Shown here: positions 9,095-20,042 of the stretch, piece by piece
Layout: every line of letters starts with the position of its first letter
Numbering within the stretch: the first letter of the stretch is position 1
Assembly (NCBI GenBank): GCA_965222175.1
Contig: OZ244938.1
Location: 2,924,409 to 2,948,408 of the forward strand
DNA from: an uncultured Pseudohongiella sp.
GTDB lineage: Bacteria; Pseudomonadota; Gammaproteobacteria; Pseudomonadales; Pseudohongiellaceae
Reading direction: 5' to 3'
Length of the DNA: 24,000 bases
Notes under the pieces: model-generated
What the model was told of the DNA's origin: nothing
The model's database searches: none
The model's input: only the letters and a program-made list of their open reading frames with translations
Program-made: the position numbers and the translations under genes

Positions 9095-9856
9095 TCACAC
9101 CGGGTTGTCGACATCGATAAAGGTATGCTCAAGCTGAAATTTTTCGGCCAGGTATTCCCCGACGGCCTGGGCACCGTAGCGTTCAGTTGCATGATGCCCG
9201 GCAGCAAAGAAGCAGAGCCCGCTCTCGCGGGCTGCATGAACAGTAGGCTCGGAAACTTCCCCGGTAACAAAGGCATCGACTTCCGCGGCTATAGCGTCCT
9301 CAATATAGTTTTGTGCCGCCCCGGTACACCAGGCAATCGTTTTTATCTGCTTGTTGATATCACCCACCAGCAGCGGTTTGCGGTGCAAACGTGCCGTGAT
9401 CAGCTCGACGAGTTCCCAGGCCTGACACGGATTCTCCACGGTGCCTGTCAATCCGATATGCCCACCCTGGAATGCCGCAAAACGGCCGGTAGTATTGAAT
9501 CCGAGCAGTTTTCCCAATTGTGCATTGTTGCCGAGTTGCGGATGAACATCCAACGGCAGATGAAAACCGAACAGGCTGATGTCGTGCTGCAGAAGGGTCT
9601 GGATTCGTCTCTTCTTCATTCCAGTTAGCACCGGACTTTCCCCTTTCCAGAAATAACCGTGGTGAACCAGCAGCATGTCAGCCTTTTCCGACACCGCCAG
9701 GTCGATTAACTCCTGACAGGCCGTCACGCCGGTTACCAGCCGGTGTACATTCTGACAACCCTGTACCTGGAGCCCATTGGGACAATAATCTTGGAACTGC
9801 TGCGGCTGCAGCAGCCTGTTAAGCTCTTCCTCTATGGTCTTCAGTGAGACTGGCAT
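9095..9856 (-). CDS. NIF3-family metal-binding protein (YbgI / GTP cyclohydrolase 1 type 2 homolog)
   Basis: The sequence is close to E. coli YbgI throughout: PNGLQVQG, VHHGYFWKGESPVLTGMKKRRIQTLL, HLPLDVHPQLGNNAQL, AAGHHATERYG. I chose the start at ATG 9856 (MPVSLKTIEE) rather than the upstream extension in the track. Confidence 0.88.
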   Translation of the reverse strand: MPVSLKTIEEELNRLLQPQQFQDYCPNGLQVQGCQNVHRLVTGVTACQELIDLAVSEKADMLLVHHGYFWKGESPVLTGMKKRRIQTLLQHDISLFGFHLPLDVHPQLGNNAQLGKLLGFNTTGRFAAFQGGHIGLTGTVENPCQAWELVELITARLHRKPLLVGDINKQIKTIAWCTGAAQNYIEDAIAAEVDAFVTGEVSEPTVHAARESGLCFFAAGHHATERYGAQAVGEYLAEKFQLEHTFIDVDNPV

Positions 9857-9957
9857 GGCAACGACTCCCAGGACGCGGTATATTGACTGACGGCCGGGGA
9901 AAAGGCTGCCGCGCAGTATGGTCGACAACGTCAAGCCCTATTCCCCAATGGAATGAA

Positions 9958-11106
9958 ATGATGGAACAATTAAAACGAATTCTCCAGTTCATCAGCTGGC
10001 CGGTATTGTCTGGTGTAATGATTGCGGTTCTCGTAATGCAGTATCAGCAGATACAGCAGATCAACGAGTTTCGTCGCATCCTGGAAGATCGTAACCCTCC
10101 TCCCCCTCAACCGATATCATTCTCGGAAGCGATCAACCGGGCCGCCCCGGCTGTAGTCAGCATAAACGCCACTCCGGCGGAGCTGGAAAGCATCGAACAG
10201 ACTTCCGAAGGACAGGTACGCTTAAATTTTGTCGAACAGGACAGCAGCCTTGGGTCCGGTGTCATTGTCAACAGGGAGGGCTTCATCCTCACCAATTTTC
10301 ACGTGGTGAGCCAGCTGATGTTTGAAACTGTTGTGACATTGTCTGACGGTCGAAGCACACCGGCGACGCTGGTTGCTTTTGATGAAGCCAATGATCTGGC
10401 GATTCTCCACATCAACATGGATGACCTGACCCCTATAATCCAGGGAGATGATGGCAATCTCGATGTCGGCGACGTCGTTTTCGCCATTGGCTACCCAAGA
10501 AACATTGGCCAGTCGGTCTCACAGGGTATTATCAGCGCCAAGGTTGACAACCGCGAAGGCAGCGAAGGAAGCGAAGGAAGCGAAGGAGCTTACCTGTTGC
10601 AGACGGACGCCGCCATCAACCCCGGTAACAGCGGTGGCGCACTGATCGATCGGGACGGTAACCTGATCGGCATCAACTCTTCGATTTTCTCAGAATCAGG
10701 CAGGTTCGAAGGCATCGGATTCGCCACGCCGGTTACAACGGCTGTGACCATTATGCAGGAACTGGTCGCCGAGGCGATTGCTAACAATCCCGGCTACCTG
10801 GGCGTGTTGACGGGAGAGGTGCTGAACGAGGAAACCAGCCGGCTATTTTTCGGTATACCCGATATCCGCGGCATGCTGGTTGAAAATGTCGACGAGGGTG
10901 GCCCCGCCGAACGTGCAGGGATACTGCCCGGAGACGTCATAACCCGGGTCGATCGGACGCCAGTCGTCGATGAAGAAACTATTATCATGGAATTCCAGAA
11001 CAAGCGTCCGGGAGACAGGGTACTGGTCCAGGTCTATCGCGACGGTCGCTACCTGGACCTGCCTACAGTGCTTGGTTTCGGGCAGGCCATGGTATTTGCG
11101 CCCTGA
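9958..11106 (+). CDS. degS: DegS/AlgW-type periplasmic serine endoprotease (HtrA family, single PDZ domain)
   Basis: It has an N-terminal TM anchor (ILQFISWPVLSGVMIAVLVMQY), catalytic triad contexts TNFHVV, NDLAILHI and NPGNSGGAL, and one PDZ domain (GGPAERAGILPGDVITRVD). The start was moved to ATG 9958 (MMEQLKRILQF). The track start at 9844 would overlap the divergent NIF3 gene. Confidence 0.85.
   Translation: MMEQLKRILQFISWPVLSGVMIAVLVMQYQQIQQINEFRRILEDRNPPPPQPISFSEAINRAAPAVVSINATPAELESIEQTSEGQVRLNFVEQDSSLGSGVIVNREGFILTNFHVVSQLMFETVVTLSDGRSTPATLVAFDEANDLAILHINMDDLTPIIQGDDGNLDVGDVVFAIGYPRNIGQSVSQGIISAKVDNREGSEGSEGSEGAYLLQTDAAINPGNSGGALIDRDGNLIGINSSIFSESGRFEGIGFATPVTTAVTIMQELVAEAIANNPGYLGVLTGEVLNEETSRLFFGIPDIRGMLVENVDEGGPAERAGILPGDVITRVDRTPVVDEETIIMEFQNKRPGDRVLVQVYRDGRYLDLPTVLGFGQAMVFAP
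10555..10590 (+). repeat. Four tandem copies of a 9-bp unit (gaaggMagc) inside degS, encoding EGSEGSEGSEGA
   Basis: Read directly: gaaggcagc gaaggaagc gaaggaagc gaaggagct. The repeat is in frame. Confidence 0.9.
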
Positions 11107-12435
11107 TCAGGCGTCTTCAGGCAATCGATACTCTGCCGACAGAGCGTGAGCCTGCAGGGATTCCCGTCGCGCCAGCGTGGATGCGGTGCCGGCAATGTTT
11201 GCTGCCCCTGTAACCGAACAGTTCAGGATGGAACTCCTTTTCTGAAAATCGTATACACCAAGAGCCGAAGAAAACCGGGCCGTGCCTGATGTAGGCAGCA
11301 CGTGGCTCGGGCCGGCACAATAGTCACCGAGGGCTTCTGCCGTATGGCTTCCCAGGAATATTGCCCCTGCATTATTAATGTGGCTAACCAGTTGCTCCGG
11401 GTCTGACACAGACAACTCGAGATGCTCAGGTGCAATACTGTCACTGACCCTGGCTGCCTCCTCCAGGTCCCTGACCTTGATGACAATCCCTCGCTGCTGT
11501 AAAGATGCAGCAATGATTTCACGTCGCGCCATGTCAGGAAGCATCCGGTCGATGCTTGACAGCACGGCCGCTATGAACTCCCGATCGGGTGAAATAAGGA
11601 TAGATTGAGCCTGCTCGTCGTGTTCGGCCTGGGAGAAGAGATCCATGGCTATCCAGTCAGGATCCGTGCTGCCGTCGCAGATTACCGTTAATTCCGACGG
11701 CCCCGCCAGCATATCAATACCCACTTTACCAAAAACCTGGCGTTTGGCCTCGGTGACGTAGATATTGCCTGGTCCGGCTATCTTGTCGACCTTGGGCACC
11801 GATTCAGTGCCGTAGGCCAGGGCAGCAATGGCCTGTGCTCCACCCAGTGTGAAGACCCGGTCGACACCGGCCAGCGCGGCGGCTGCAAAAACCAGGTTGT
11901 GAACCGGATTATCGGGCCGGTAATCCGTGGGCACAGTTGCGACCAGGTTTGCCACGCCTGCCACGCTGGCGGGGATCGCCAGCATCAGCATCGAAGAGGG
12001 ATAGTTGGCTTTGCCGCCCGGGACATACACCCCGGCACTGGCCAGCGGAGTAATCTTCTGCCCGTACACCGAGCCATCCGCCTCCTCGTAGTGCCAGGAG
12101 GTCTGTTTCTGTTTTTCGTGATAGCTGGCAATCCTGGTTGCTGCATGTCGCAGCGCTTCGACATCCGCACTCGATGCGCTGGCGAGAGCATCCTGGAGCT
12201 GCTCTGGGGTAACTGTCAGGTCTGCCATGGACGTGGCATTGCGGTCATCAAATTGATTGGTGTACTCAACAAGAGCCTCGTCGCCGCGGGTCCGGACATC
12301 CTCCAGAATGCCCGCAACCGTTTTACTCACGCCCGCCGGCACCAGTGAATCGCGCTGCAACGCATCCTCCAGCGCAGTCTGAAAATCAGTGTCGCTTGAG
12401 TCAATCTGGCGTATGGAAATAGTGCTTTTTGACAT
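11107..12435 (-). CDS. hisD: Histidinol dehydrogenase
   Basis: 442 aa with typical HisD length and sequence (YVPGGKANYPSSMLMLAIPASVAG, SQAEHDEQAQSILI, APEHLEL, GDYCAGPSHVLPT). Confidence 0.95.
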   Translation of the reverse strand: MSKSTISIRQIDSSDTDFQTALEDALQRDSLVPAGVSKTVAGILEDVRTRGDEALVEYTNQFDDRNATSMADLTVTPEQLQDALASASSADVEALRHAATRIASYHEKQKQTSWHYEEADGSVYGQKITPLASAGVYVPGGKANYPSSMLMLAIPASVAGVANLVATVPTDYRPDNPVHNLVFAAAALAGVDRVFTLGGAQAIAALAYGTESVPKVDKIAGPGNIYVTEAKRQVFGKVGIDMLAGPSELTVICDGSTDPDWIAMDLFSQAEHDEQAQSILISPDREFIAAVLSSIDRMLPDMARREIIAASLQQRGIVIKVRDLEEAARVSDSIAPEHLELSVSDPEQLVSHINNAGAIFLGSHTAEALGDYCAGPSHVLPTSGTARFSSALGVYDFQKRSSILNCSVTGAANIAGTASTLARRESLQAHALSAEYRLPEDA

Positions 12436-12544
12436 GTGTACCTGCTGTCCGTGGTTATTCCGTTGATTCTGGCTGGTCAGCCAGCGAGCTCTGGATTCAG
12501 GAATCTCCTGCCTGACCCCGGATAGTCCGCTTCACTCCCGGCAG

Positions 12545-13195
12545 TCAGCCTTCAACCGCCGATTTCAACTTGCCGAGAATTTCCCGAATAGCCGCATTCT
12601 TGATCTTGAGGGATGCCTTGTTGACGATTACCCTGGAACTGACGTGGGTAATCAGGTCCAGCGGCTCGAGCCCGTTTGCCTGAAGCGTTTTGCCACTGTC
12701 GACAATATCGACGATGGCATCCGCCAGCCCCATGGATGGCGCGAGTTCCAGCGCCCCGTTAAGCTTGATCAGTTCGATCTGCCGCCCCTGTTCGGCGAAG
12801 TATCGCCGGGCACTGTTGATGAACTTGGTGGCTACCCGAAGCCTCGACCTGGACTGTCGCAGCGCATCCAGGTCTGCGCCCCTGGGCGCTGCCGTCATCA
12901 GGCGACAGGTGGCCAGCTTGAGATCCAGCGGTTCATAAAACCCGTCGCTTCCGTGTTCAAGAATCAGGTCCTTGCCCACGACCCCCATATCCGCACTGCC
13001 GAATTCAACATAGGTGGGCACGTCCGAACCGCGGATAATCATCAGGCTGACATGTGCAAGATTGGTGTCGAAAATCAGTTTGCGGCTGTTGAAGATGTCC
13101 TCACCCGGGACTATTCCGGCTTCCGCAAACAGCGGCAATACTTCTTCAAGGATTCGACCCTTGGTCAATGCTATGACAATGTTCGACTGGCTCAT
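12545..13195 (-). CDS. hisG: ATP phosphoribosyltransferase, short form (HisGS)
   Basis: From ATG 13195 ([28 protein letters not shown]) the protein is 216 aa, which is short-form length. The track's longer ORF overlaps murA and adds non-homologous sequence. Confidence 0.9.
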   Translation of the reverse strand: MSQSNIVIALTKGRILEEVLPLFAEAGIVPGEDIFNSRKLIFDTNLAHVSLMIIRGSDVPTYVEFGSADMGVVGKDLILEHGSDGFYEPLDLKLATCRLMTAAPRGADLDALRQSRSRLRVATKFINSARRYFAEQGRQIELIKLNGALELAPSMGLADAIVDIVDSGKTLQANGLEPLDLITHVSSRVIVNKASLKIKNAAIREILGKLKSAVEG

Positions 13196-13217
13196 CGCGG
13201 TAGACTTCAAGATGGTT

Positions 13218-14749
<1,532 letters not shown>

Positions 14750-14763
14750 GCTTCGACCCCGGT

Positions 14764-15387
14764 TTACTGCCAGTTGTCCAGAACCTGGTCGATGTCGTTA
14801 TTGTACTGTGACATCGCGGCGGCGAATTGCGTGTAATACTGGCGTCCGAGATTAATTCCACCAAGACTCAGATTCTTGAGTTTCCACTCGTTGTTCTCAT
14901 TGAGAAACATTTGATACTGAAGCCTGAAGGAACTGTTACTGCTCCCGCTGCCACTGCCTATTCCCCTGATCTCCATGCCGATTACCCGATCAGCCCGGGG
15001 GTCGGCAGGCTGGTTGCCGGCTGGCAGGAAAACCAGTTCCTGGCCGTTATATGAAGCCAGGGCAGCTCCGTAAAAACGAGTCAGTGTCGACTGAAGAATC
15101 TCGCCAAAGCGGCTGATCTGCTCTTCCGTCGCTCCCTGTGCGTAGCGAGACATGACAACCCGCGCCACGGCATCGAAGTCAACAATGGTGTTCAGGGCAG
15201 ACTCGATTTCACTGTAGTAACGTTGCTGATCGGAAAGGAAGTAGGGGCGGGCCTGTTGTACGGTTTGGAGGAGTAATTCCACGCCGTTCTGAACGGTTTC
15301 TATGGCCGACATCCCTGGTTCCTGTGCGACACTGGTGCCAGCTGTCGCCAACAGCACAACAAATACCAACTTCTTCAATATATTCAT
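14764..15387 (-). CDS. mlaC: Periplasmic phospholipid-binding protein MlaC (Ttg2D family)
   Basis: A signal peptide (MNILKKLVFVVLLATAGTSVAQ) follows the GGAGA RBS. The central region (VDFDAVARVVMSRYAQGATEEQISRFGEILQSTLTRFYGAALASYNGQELVF) aligns by eye with E. coli MlaC. I chose the start at ATG 15387, not the track start at 15483. Confidence 0.78.
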   Translation of the reverse strand: MNILKKLVFVVLLATAGTSVAQEPGMSAIETVQNGVELLLQTVQQARPYFLSDQQRYYSEIESALNTIVDFDAVARVVMSRYAQGATEEQISRFGEILQSTLTRFYGAALASYNGQELVFLPAGNQPADPRADRVIGMEIRGIGSGSGSSNSSFRLQYQMFLNENNEWKLKNLSLGGINLGRQYYTQFAAAMSQYNNDIDQVLDNWQ

Positions 15388-15558
15388 CTGGTTATCTCCG
15401 AGCAAGGATTCCGACCCTGCTGTCCCTGCGCTTGTTGCTGGTGCTCGGTAAAAGGTCCGTAAGTCAAATTTCCTGACAGCCATCGTCCCTGGTACCGTAG
15501 GTTGTCGGATAGGTGTTGGTGAATCTTACAATATTTGACCGCCTCAATAAATTATTAC

Positions 15559-15587
15559 TTGCAAACTTGGCTAAAGGCCTTTGTAAT
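15559..15587 (+). promoter_or_regulatory. Candidate sigma-70 promoter for yrbG: TTGCAA, 17-nt spacer, TGTAAT
   Basis: Hexamers were read directly (15559-15564 and 15582-15587), about 40 nt upstream of the ATG at 15626. Motif match only. Confidence 0.3.
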
Positions 15588-15625
15588 TGGGCGCTTTATC
15601 AATTCCGCCAATTTGCAATAATTTT

Positions 15626-16579
15626 ATGGTGTTAGACGCGGTTATAGTGGTCCTGGGTTTCACCGGACTGATCTGGGGGGCAGATAAGTTCGTGTTCGGA
15701 GCCTCGGCCCTGGCACGAAACCTGGGTGTATCCCCATTAATGATCGGTCTTACCATTGTTGCCTTCGGGACCTCCGCTCCAGAGATATTTTCGTCTGCTG
15801 CGTCAGTCGTTGAAAATGAGCCGGAACTGGCTATCGGCAACGCCCTGGGATCGAATATATTCAATATCGGAATCGCCCTGGGAATCGCCGCCCTGATAAG
15901 CCCGCTTAAACCACCGAAGTCTCTGTTCCACAAGGAAATACCCGCACTACTCCTGGTTACCGTGGTAACCGGTGCGCTGTTTGCAAATCTCTACATCGGT
16001 TTCTTTGACGCCTTGATCCTGATGTCTATAACCGTCTTTTTCGGCTACAAGCTCTTTCGAAACCGGGTAAAGTCCACCAGCCTGCCGGAGATCGATGACG
16101 AAAACCTGATGCACCTGACCAACGCCCGGGCAGCGATTTACCTGATACTGGGACTGGCTCTGCTGGTTTTGAGCGCAGATGCTATAGTGCAGGCCTGTTC
16201 ATCGATTGCCAGGACACTGGGAGTATCCTCGGCGATAGTCGGTCTCACCGTGGTAGCCCTGGGCACCAGTCTCCCGGAAGTCGCCGCGTCTGCCGCCTGC
16301 GCACTGAAAGGCCATCACGAGCTCGCTATCGGCAACATAGTTGGATCGAACATTCTAAATTTGCTGGCCGTTCTGCCTTTTCCCGGATTGTTCGCGCCGG
16401 TTGAGCTGGATCCGATGTTGTTCCATCGGGATTACGTGGCCATGTTGCTGATGACGCTGTTACTGGCCTGGTTTTGTTACCGTGCAATAAAGCGTAATAT
16501 GATGATAGGTCGAACCAACGGAATAATCTTGCTGTCCTGCTATTGCGTCTGGTTTTCCATCATGGCCATACAAATGTAA
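15626..16579 (+). CDS. yrbG: Ca2+/Na+ antiporter family inner-membrane protein (YrbG, CaCA family)
   Basis: Polytopic membrane protein with the two CaCA alpha-repeats (GTSAPEIFSS...GNALGSNIFNI and GTSLPEVAAS...GNIVGSNILNL). It is upstream of kdsD as in E. coli. I placed the start at ATG 15626 (MVLDAVIVVLGF), but the TTG at 15587 is possible. Confidence 0.85.
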   Translation: MVLDAVIVVLGFTGLIWGADKFVFGASALARNLGVSPLMIGLTIVAFGTSAPEIFSSAASVVENEPELAIGNALGSNIFNIGIALGIAALISPLKPPKSLFHKEIPALLLVTVVTGALFANLYIGFFDALILMSITVFFGYKLFRNRVKSTSLPEIDDENLMHLTNARAAIYLILGLALLVLSADAIVQACSSIARTLGVSSAIVGLTVVALGTSLPEVAASAACALKGHHELAIGNIVGSNILNLLAVLPFPGLFAPVELDPMLFHRDYVAMLLMTLLLAWFCYRAIKRNMMIGRTNGIILLSCYCVWFSIMAIQM

Positions 16580-16595
16580 GCCTGCCGAACCAACA

Positions 16596-17570
16596 ATGAC
16601 CCACACGCCGAAACTTCTAGACAGCGCCAGACGAACTATTGAAATTGAATACAACGCTGTTCATGCGCTATTGGACCGGTTAAATCATGACTTCGAACGA
16701 GCCTGTCAGCTGATGCTTGCATCCGAGGGTCGGGTTGTCGTCACGGGCATGGGTAAGTCAGGCCATATCGCCAGAAAGATTGCCGCCACGCTGGCCAGCA
16801 CCGGCACTCCAGCCATGTTTGTCCACCCCGGCGAGGCCAGTCACGGCGACCTTGGCATGATCACGGAAAAAGATGTCGTCCTGTTTCTCTCCAATTCGGG
16901 AACTACCGAGGAACTGGTTACGCTGCTACCGGTACTGAAACGCAAAGGCGTTCCCCTGATCAGCATGACCGGCGAACCGGAATCCACTCTGGCCAAGGCT
17001 GCCGACGTGTCCCTCGATGCCGGTGTGTCGGAAGAGGCCTGCCCTCTGGGGCTGGCTCCCACCTCCAGCACAACGGTGGCACTGGTGCTGGGCGATGCAC
17101 TGGCCATGGCGTTATTGGAAGCGCGAGGTTTTACCAGGGAGGATTTCGCGGTTTCACACCCCGGCGGAAGACTGGGACGGCGTCTGCTGCTTAAGGTCAA
17201 GGATATCATGCACTCGGGTGATAGCATTCCAAGGGTTTCCATTCAGACTGTATTAAGCGACGCATTGTTAGAAATAACCAGTAAAGGTTTTGGCATGACT
17301 ACGATCAGCGACCACGCCGGGGAAATTTGTGGCGTTTTCACTGACGGAGATCTGCGACGTGCCATCGATGCAGGGAGAGATATAACAACAACTCCAATAG
17401 AATCCGTAATGTCCAGCAATTACAAGTTTATTCTGGAAAACGCACTTGCTGTGGAAGCGGCCAGGCTGATGCAGGACTCACAGGTTTATGCCCTGGTGGT
17501 CAAAAACGGCGACAAGCAATTGAGCGGTATCGTCAAAATGCACGATCTACTCCAGGCTAACGTCGTTTAA
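16596..17570 (+). CDS. kdsD: Arabinose-5-phosphate isomerase (SIS domain plus tandem CBS domains)
   Basis: 324 aa. The SIS motif GMGKSGHIARKIAATLASTGTPA, FVHPGEASHGDLGM and a C-terminal CBS pair are present. It sits in the kdsD-kdsC-lptCAB order. Confidence 0.93.
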   Translation: MTHTPKLLDSARRTIEIEYNAVHALLDRLNHDFERACQLMLASEGRVVVTGMGKSGHIARKIAATLASTGTPAMFVHPGEASHGDLGMITEKDVVLFLSNSGTTEELVTLLPVLKRKGVPLISMTGEPESTLAKAADVSLDAGVSEEACPLGLAPTSSTTVALVLGDALAMALLEARGFTREDFAVSHPGGRLGRRLLLKVKDIMHSGDSIPRVSIQTVLSDALLEITSKGFGMTTISDHAGEICGVFTDGDLRRAIDAGRDITTTPIESVMSSNYKFILENALAVEAARLMQDSQVYALVVKNGDKQLSGIVKMHDLLQANVV

Positions 17571-17590
17571 CAGATTGCCTTAGGAGCAAC

Positions 17591-18142
17591 TTGTCAATGA
17601 TATTCCAGGGCGACCGAAAGCAGATAATGCGCCTGGCAAAAAACGTCAGCTTGCTGCTCCTTGACGTGGACGGCGTTATGACGGACGGCAGGCTATACGT
17701 TGGTGCAAACGGCGAGGAGCTGAAAGTATTCAATTCCCTTGACGGCCATGGCATCAAGCTTCTCCAGCGTAGCGGTGTCACGGTCGGTATAGTTTCCGGC
17801 CGCCATTCCCCATCGCTGCTGCATCGCGCCAGGGAACTGGATATTGAATTGCTTTATACCGGCCGTGAAGACAAGATGGCGGTTCTGGAGGAAATCATTG
17901 CTACCCGCCAGATCGACAGCGAACAGATTGCCTATGCCGGTGACGATCTTCCGGATCTTTCGCTGGTTCGCCGCGTCGGCCTGGGCATATCGGTCCCCGG
18001 GGGACATCCCGAAGTCAGAAACATAGCCGAGCTGGTAACTGAACGTGGCGGTGGCGATGGTGCTGTGCGTGAAATCTGTGATTTGCTTCTGCAGGCACGG
18101 GATTCTTACCGGCAGGTGGTGGAAGACAGCCTTCGCGGCTGA
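17591..18142 (+). CDS. kdsC: KDO-8-phosphate phosphatase (HAD superfamily)
   Basis: The HAD motif LLLLDVDGVMTDG and GDDLPD are present. An RBS (taggag) lies at 17581-17586. The start is TTG 17591 or ATG 17597. Confidence 0.9.
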   Translation: MSMIFQGDRKQIMRLAKNVSLLLLDVDGVMTDGRLYVGANGEELKVFNSLDGHGIKLLQRSGVTVGIVSGRHSPSLLHRARELDIELLYTGREDKMAVLEEIIATRQIDSEQIAYAGDDLPDLSLVRRVGLGISVPGGHPEVRNIAELVTERGGGDGAVREICDLLLQARDSYRQVVEDSLRG

Positions 18143-18214
18143 CATGGCACCGCGCGTCCTTGGAATCCGGCCAGTCGGGAAAACAACAAGTCGTCTAAAG
18201 TAGGAAAAGTAACA

Positions 18215-18805
18215 GTGTCAATGCCACGATTGCAATTCATAGTCATACCAGGCCTGGTCGCCGTATTACTGTTTCTTGGTGTCAATCTGCTGGAGCAGCC
18301 AGGACGGCCCGGGAGCACAGATGACCAGATTGCCGTGCTTGACTACAACGGCTATTCCGAGGGCATAAATACCGCGCATTTCGACGAACGGGGTCGAATT
18401 CGATATACACTTAGCGCCGATCGCCAGATTACCTACCTGAATTCGGAGACTGCCCTGGAGCATCCTGTCATACAGCTTTACCAGGGAATGGATTCACGCT
18501 GGAATATCACCGCCAGCTCGGGCAGAATTTCAGCCGGGGAGGAACGAAACAACGATGTTGAGCAGATAGTTTTAAGTGGCAATGTGGAAGTTCACCAGCT
18601 TAACGCTGCTGGTAACGGCGCCGTACTTTCTACCGACATCCTGCAATTGAATCCAATTGCTGATGTTCTTGTCACAGACGCCGATGTACTTTTGACTAGT
18701 AACAATTTTGAACAGTCGGCTACGGGAATGCGTGTCGATCTGAATACAGAGGAGTACATTTTTTTCCGCAATACAAGGGGCAGGTATGCAGCTCGTGAAA
18801 ATTAA
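18215..18805 (+). CDS. lptC: LPS export system protein LptC
   Basis: 196 aa with a single N-terminal TM anchor (LQFIVIPGLVAVLLFLGVNLL) followed by a beta-jellyroll-type sequence. It sits between kdsC and lptA and overlaps lptA by 20 nt. The start is GTG 18215 or ATG 18221. Confidence 0.8.
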   Translation: MSMPRLQFIVIPGLVAVLLFLGVNLLEQPGRPGSTDDQIAVLDYNGYSEGINTAHFDERGRIRYTLSADRQITYLNSETALEHPVIQLYQGMDSRWNITASSGRISAGEERNNDVEQIVLSGNVEVHQLNAAGNGAVLSTDILQLNPIADVLVTDADVLLTSNNFEQSATGMRVDLNTEEYIFFRNTRGRYAAREN

Positions 18806-19307
18806 CAGTTTCATCGCTCTGTTGTTTCTTGCTTTTGCCGGTGTGAATGTTGCCAGCCTGGAATCCGACAGAGAGCAGGACATTCTCTACAGCTCACTGG
18901 GAAGGTCCACGAGCAGAATAGAAAACGGTGTTCGCATAATAACGCTGGAGCAGGATGTCAAGGTGACTCAGGGCTCACTGGAGATAACCGGCGACAATGC
19001 CGTTTTCGAAAGTGAAGCGGAATCCAGCACCATTAATCGGGTGACCGTAACCGGGTCACCGGCGCACTATCGCCAGCAACTTGATGCTGGTGGTGATTTT
19101 ATCGCGGGAGAAAGTGAATCCATCTACTACTATGTGGAAGCGGAACCAATAGTGGAATTTGTCGGTTCGGCAATCCTTCGCAGTACCAATGATGTAATCA
19201 GCTGCGCCGCCATCAAGTACTTTACTGAAAGTCGATTTACCGAGACAACCGGCCCCTGTGAAGGCGTATCAGGTCGCTCAAGCTTCTCCAACCCTCCTGG
19301 AAATTAA
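18786..19307 (+). CDS. lptA: LPS transport periplasmic protein LptA (OstA-like)
   Basis: It has a signal peptide (INSFIALLFLAFAGVNVA) and OstA N-terminal-type sequence (ITLEQDVKVTQGSLEITGDNAVFE). The position is conserved. Confidence 0.85.
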   Translation: MQLVKINSFIALLFLAFAGVNVASLESDREQDILYSSLGRSTSRIENGVRIITLEQDVKVTQGSLEITGDNAVFESEAESSTINRVTVTGSPAHYRQQLDAGGDFIAGESESIYYYVEAEPIVEFVGSAILRSTNDVISCAAIKYFTESRFTETTGPCEGVSGRSSFSNPPGN

Positions 19308-19316
19308 CCTCGACTG

Positions 19317-20042
19317 ATGGATATCCTGCAGGCTGTCAACCTGGCAAAAAGTTATAAGAAGCGCAAGGTTGTCAGGGACGTATCGCTCCGGGTTAACCGC
19401 GGAGAAATCGTCGGCCTGCTGGGACCCAACGGTGCCGGTAAAACAACCTGTTTCTACATGATAGTCGGGCTGATAGGAGCCGATGGCGGTCAGGTGAAAA
19501 TCAATAACACGGACCTGACTCCACTGCCCATGCATGAGCGGGCCCGCAAGGGGTTAGCCTATTTACCCCAGGATTCGTCCATTTTCAGGACGCTCTCGGT
19601 GGAAGACAATATCCTGGCGATCCTGGAAACCCGGAAGGACCTCAATGCCAGTGACCGACAACAGCGACTCGAAGCCCTATTGCAGGAATTTCATATTACA
19701 CACATCCGCAAGAATCGGGGAATGAGCCTGTCGGGAGGGGAACGGCGGCGGACCGAAATTGCCAGAACTCTTGCGGCAGATCCCAGGTTTATTCTTCTCG
19801 ACGAACCATTCGCCGGAGTGGATCCCATTTCAGTCAGCGATATCAAGCAGATAATCCGCCACCTCAAAGAACGGGGAATCGGCATATTGCTGACCGACCA
19901 CAATGTAAGGGAAACCCTGGACATCTGTGAGCGCGCCTACATCGTCAGCGAAGGCGGCATCATTGCCGAGGGCGATGAACAGAGCATCGTCAATAACCAG
20001 AAAGTCAGGGAAGTCTATCTTGGCGATCAGTTCCACATTTGA
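19317..20042 (+). CDS. lptB: LPS export ABC transporter ATP-binding protein LptB
   Basis: 241 aa with Walker [13 protein letters not shown] signature LSGGERRR and Walker [12 protein letters not shown]. Confidence 0.96.
   Translation: MDILQAVNLAKSYKKRKVVRDVSLRVNRGEIVGLLGPNGAGKTTCFYMIVGLIGADGGQVKINNTDLTPLPMHERARKGLAYLPQDSSIFRTLSVEDNILAILETRKDLNASDRQQRLEALLQEFHITHIRKNRGMSLSGGERRRTEIARTLAADPRFILLDEPFAGVDPISVSDIKQIIRHLKERGIGILLTDHNVRETLDICERAYIVSEGGIIAEGDEQSIVNNQKVREVYLGDQFHI

Noticed and set aside
12469-12484. Hairpin ctggct-ggtc-agccag in the 109-nt hisG-hisD spacer, considered as an attenuator or terminator
   Set aside because: It has only 6 bp, no U-tract and nothing else distinctive. This is insufficient to call a regulatory element.
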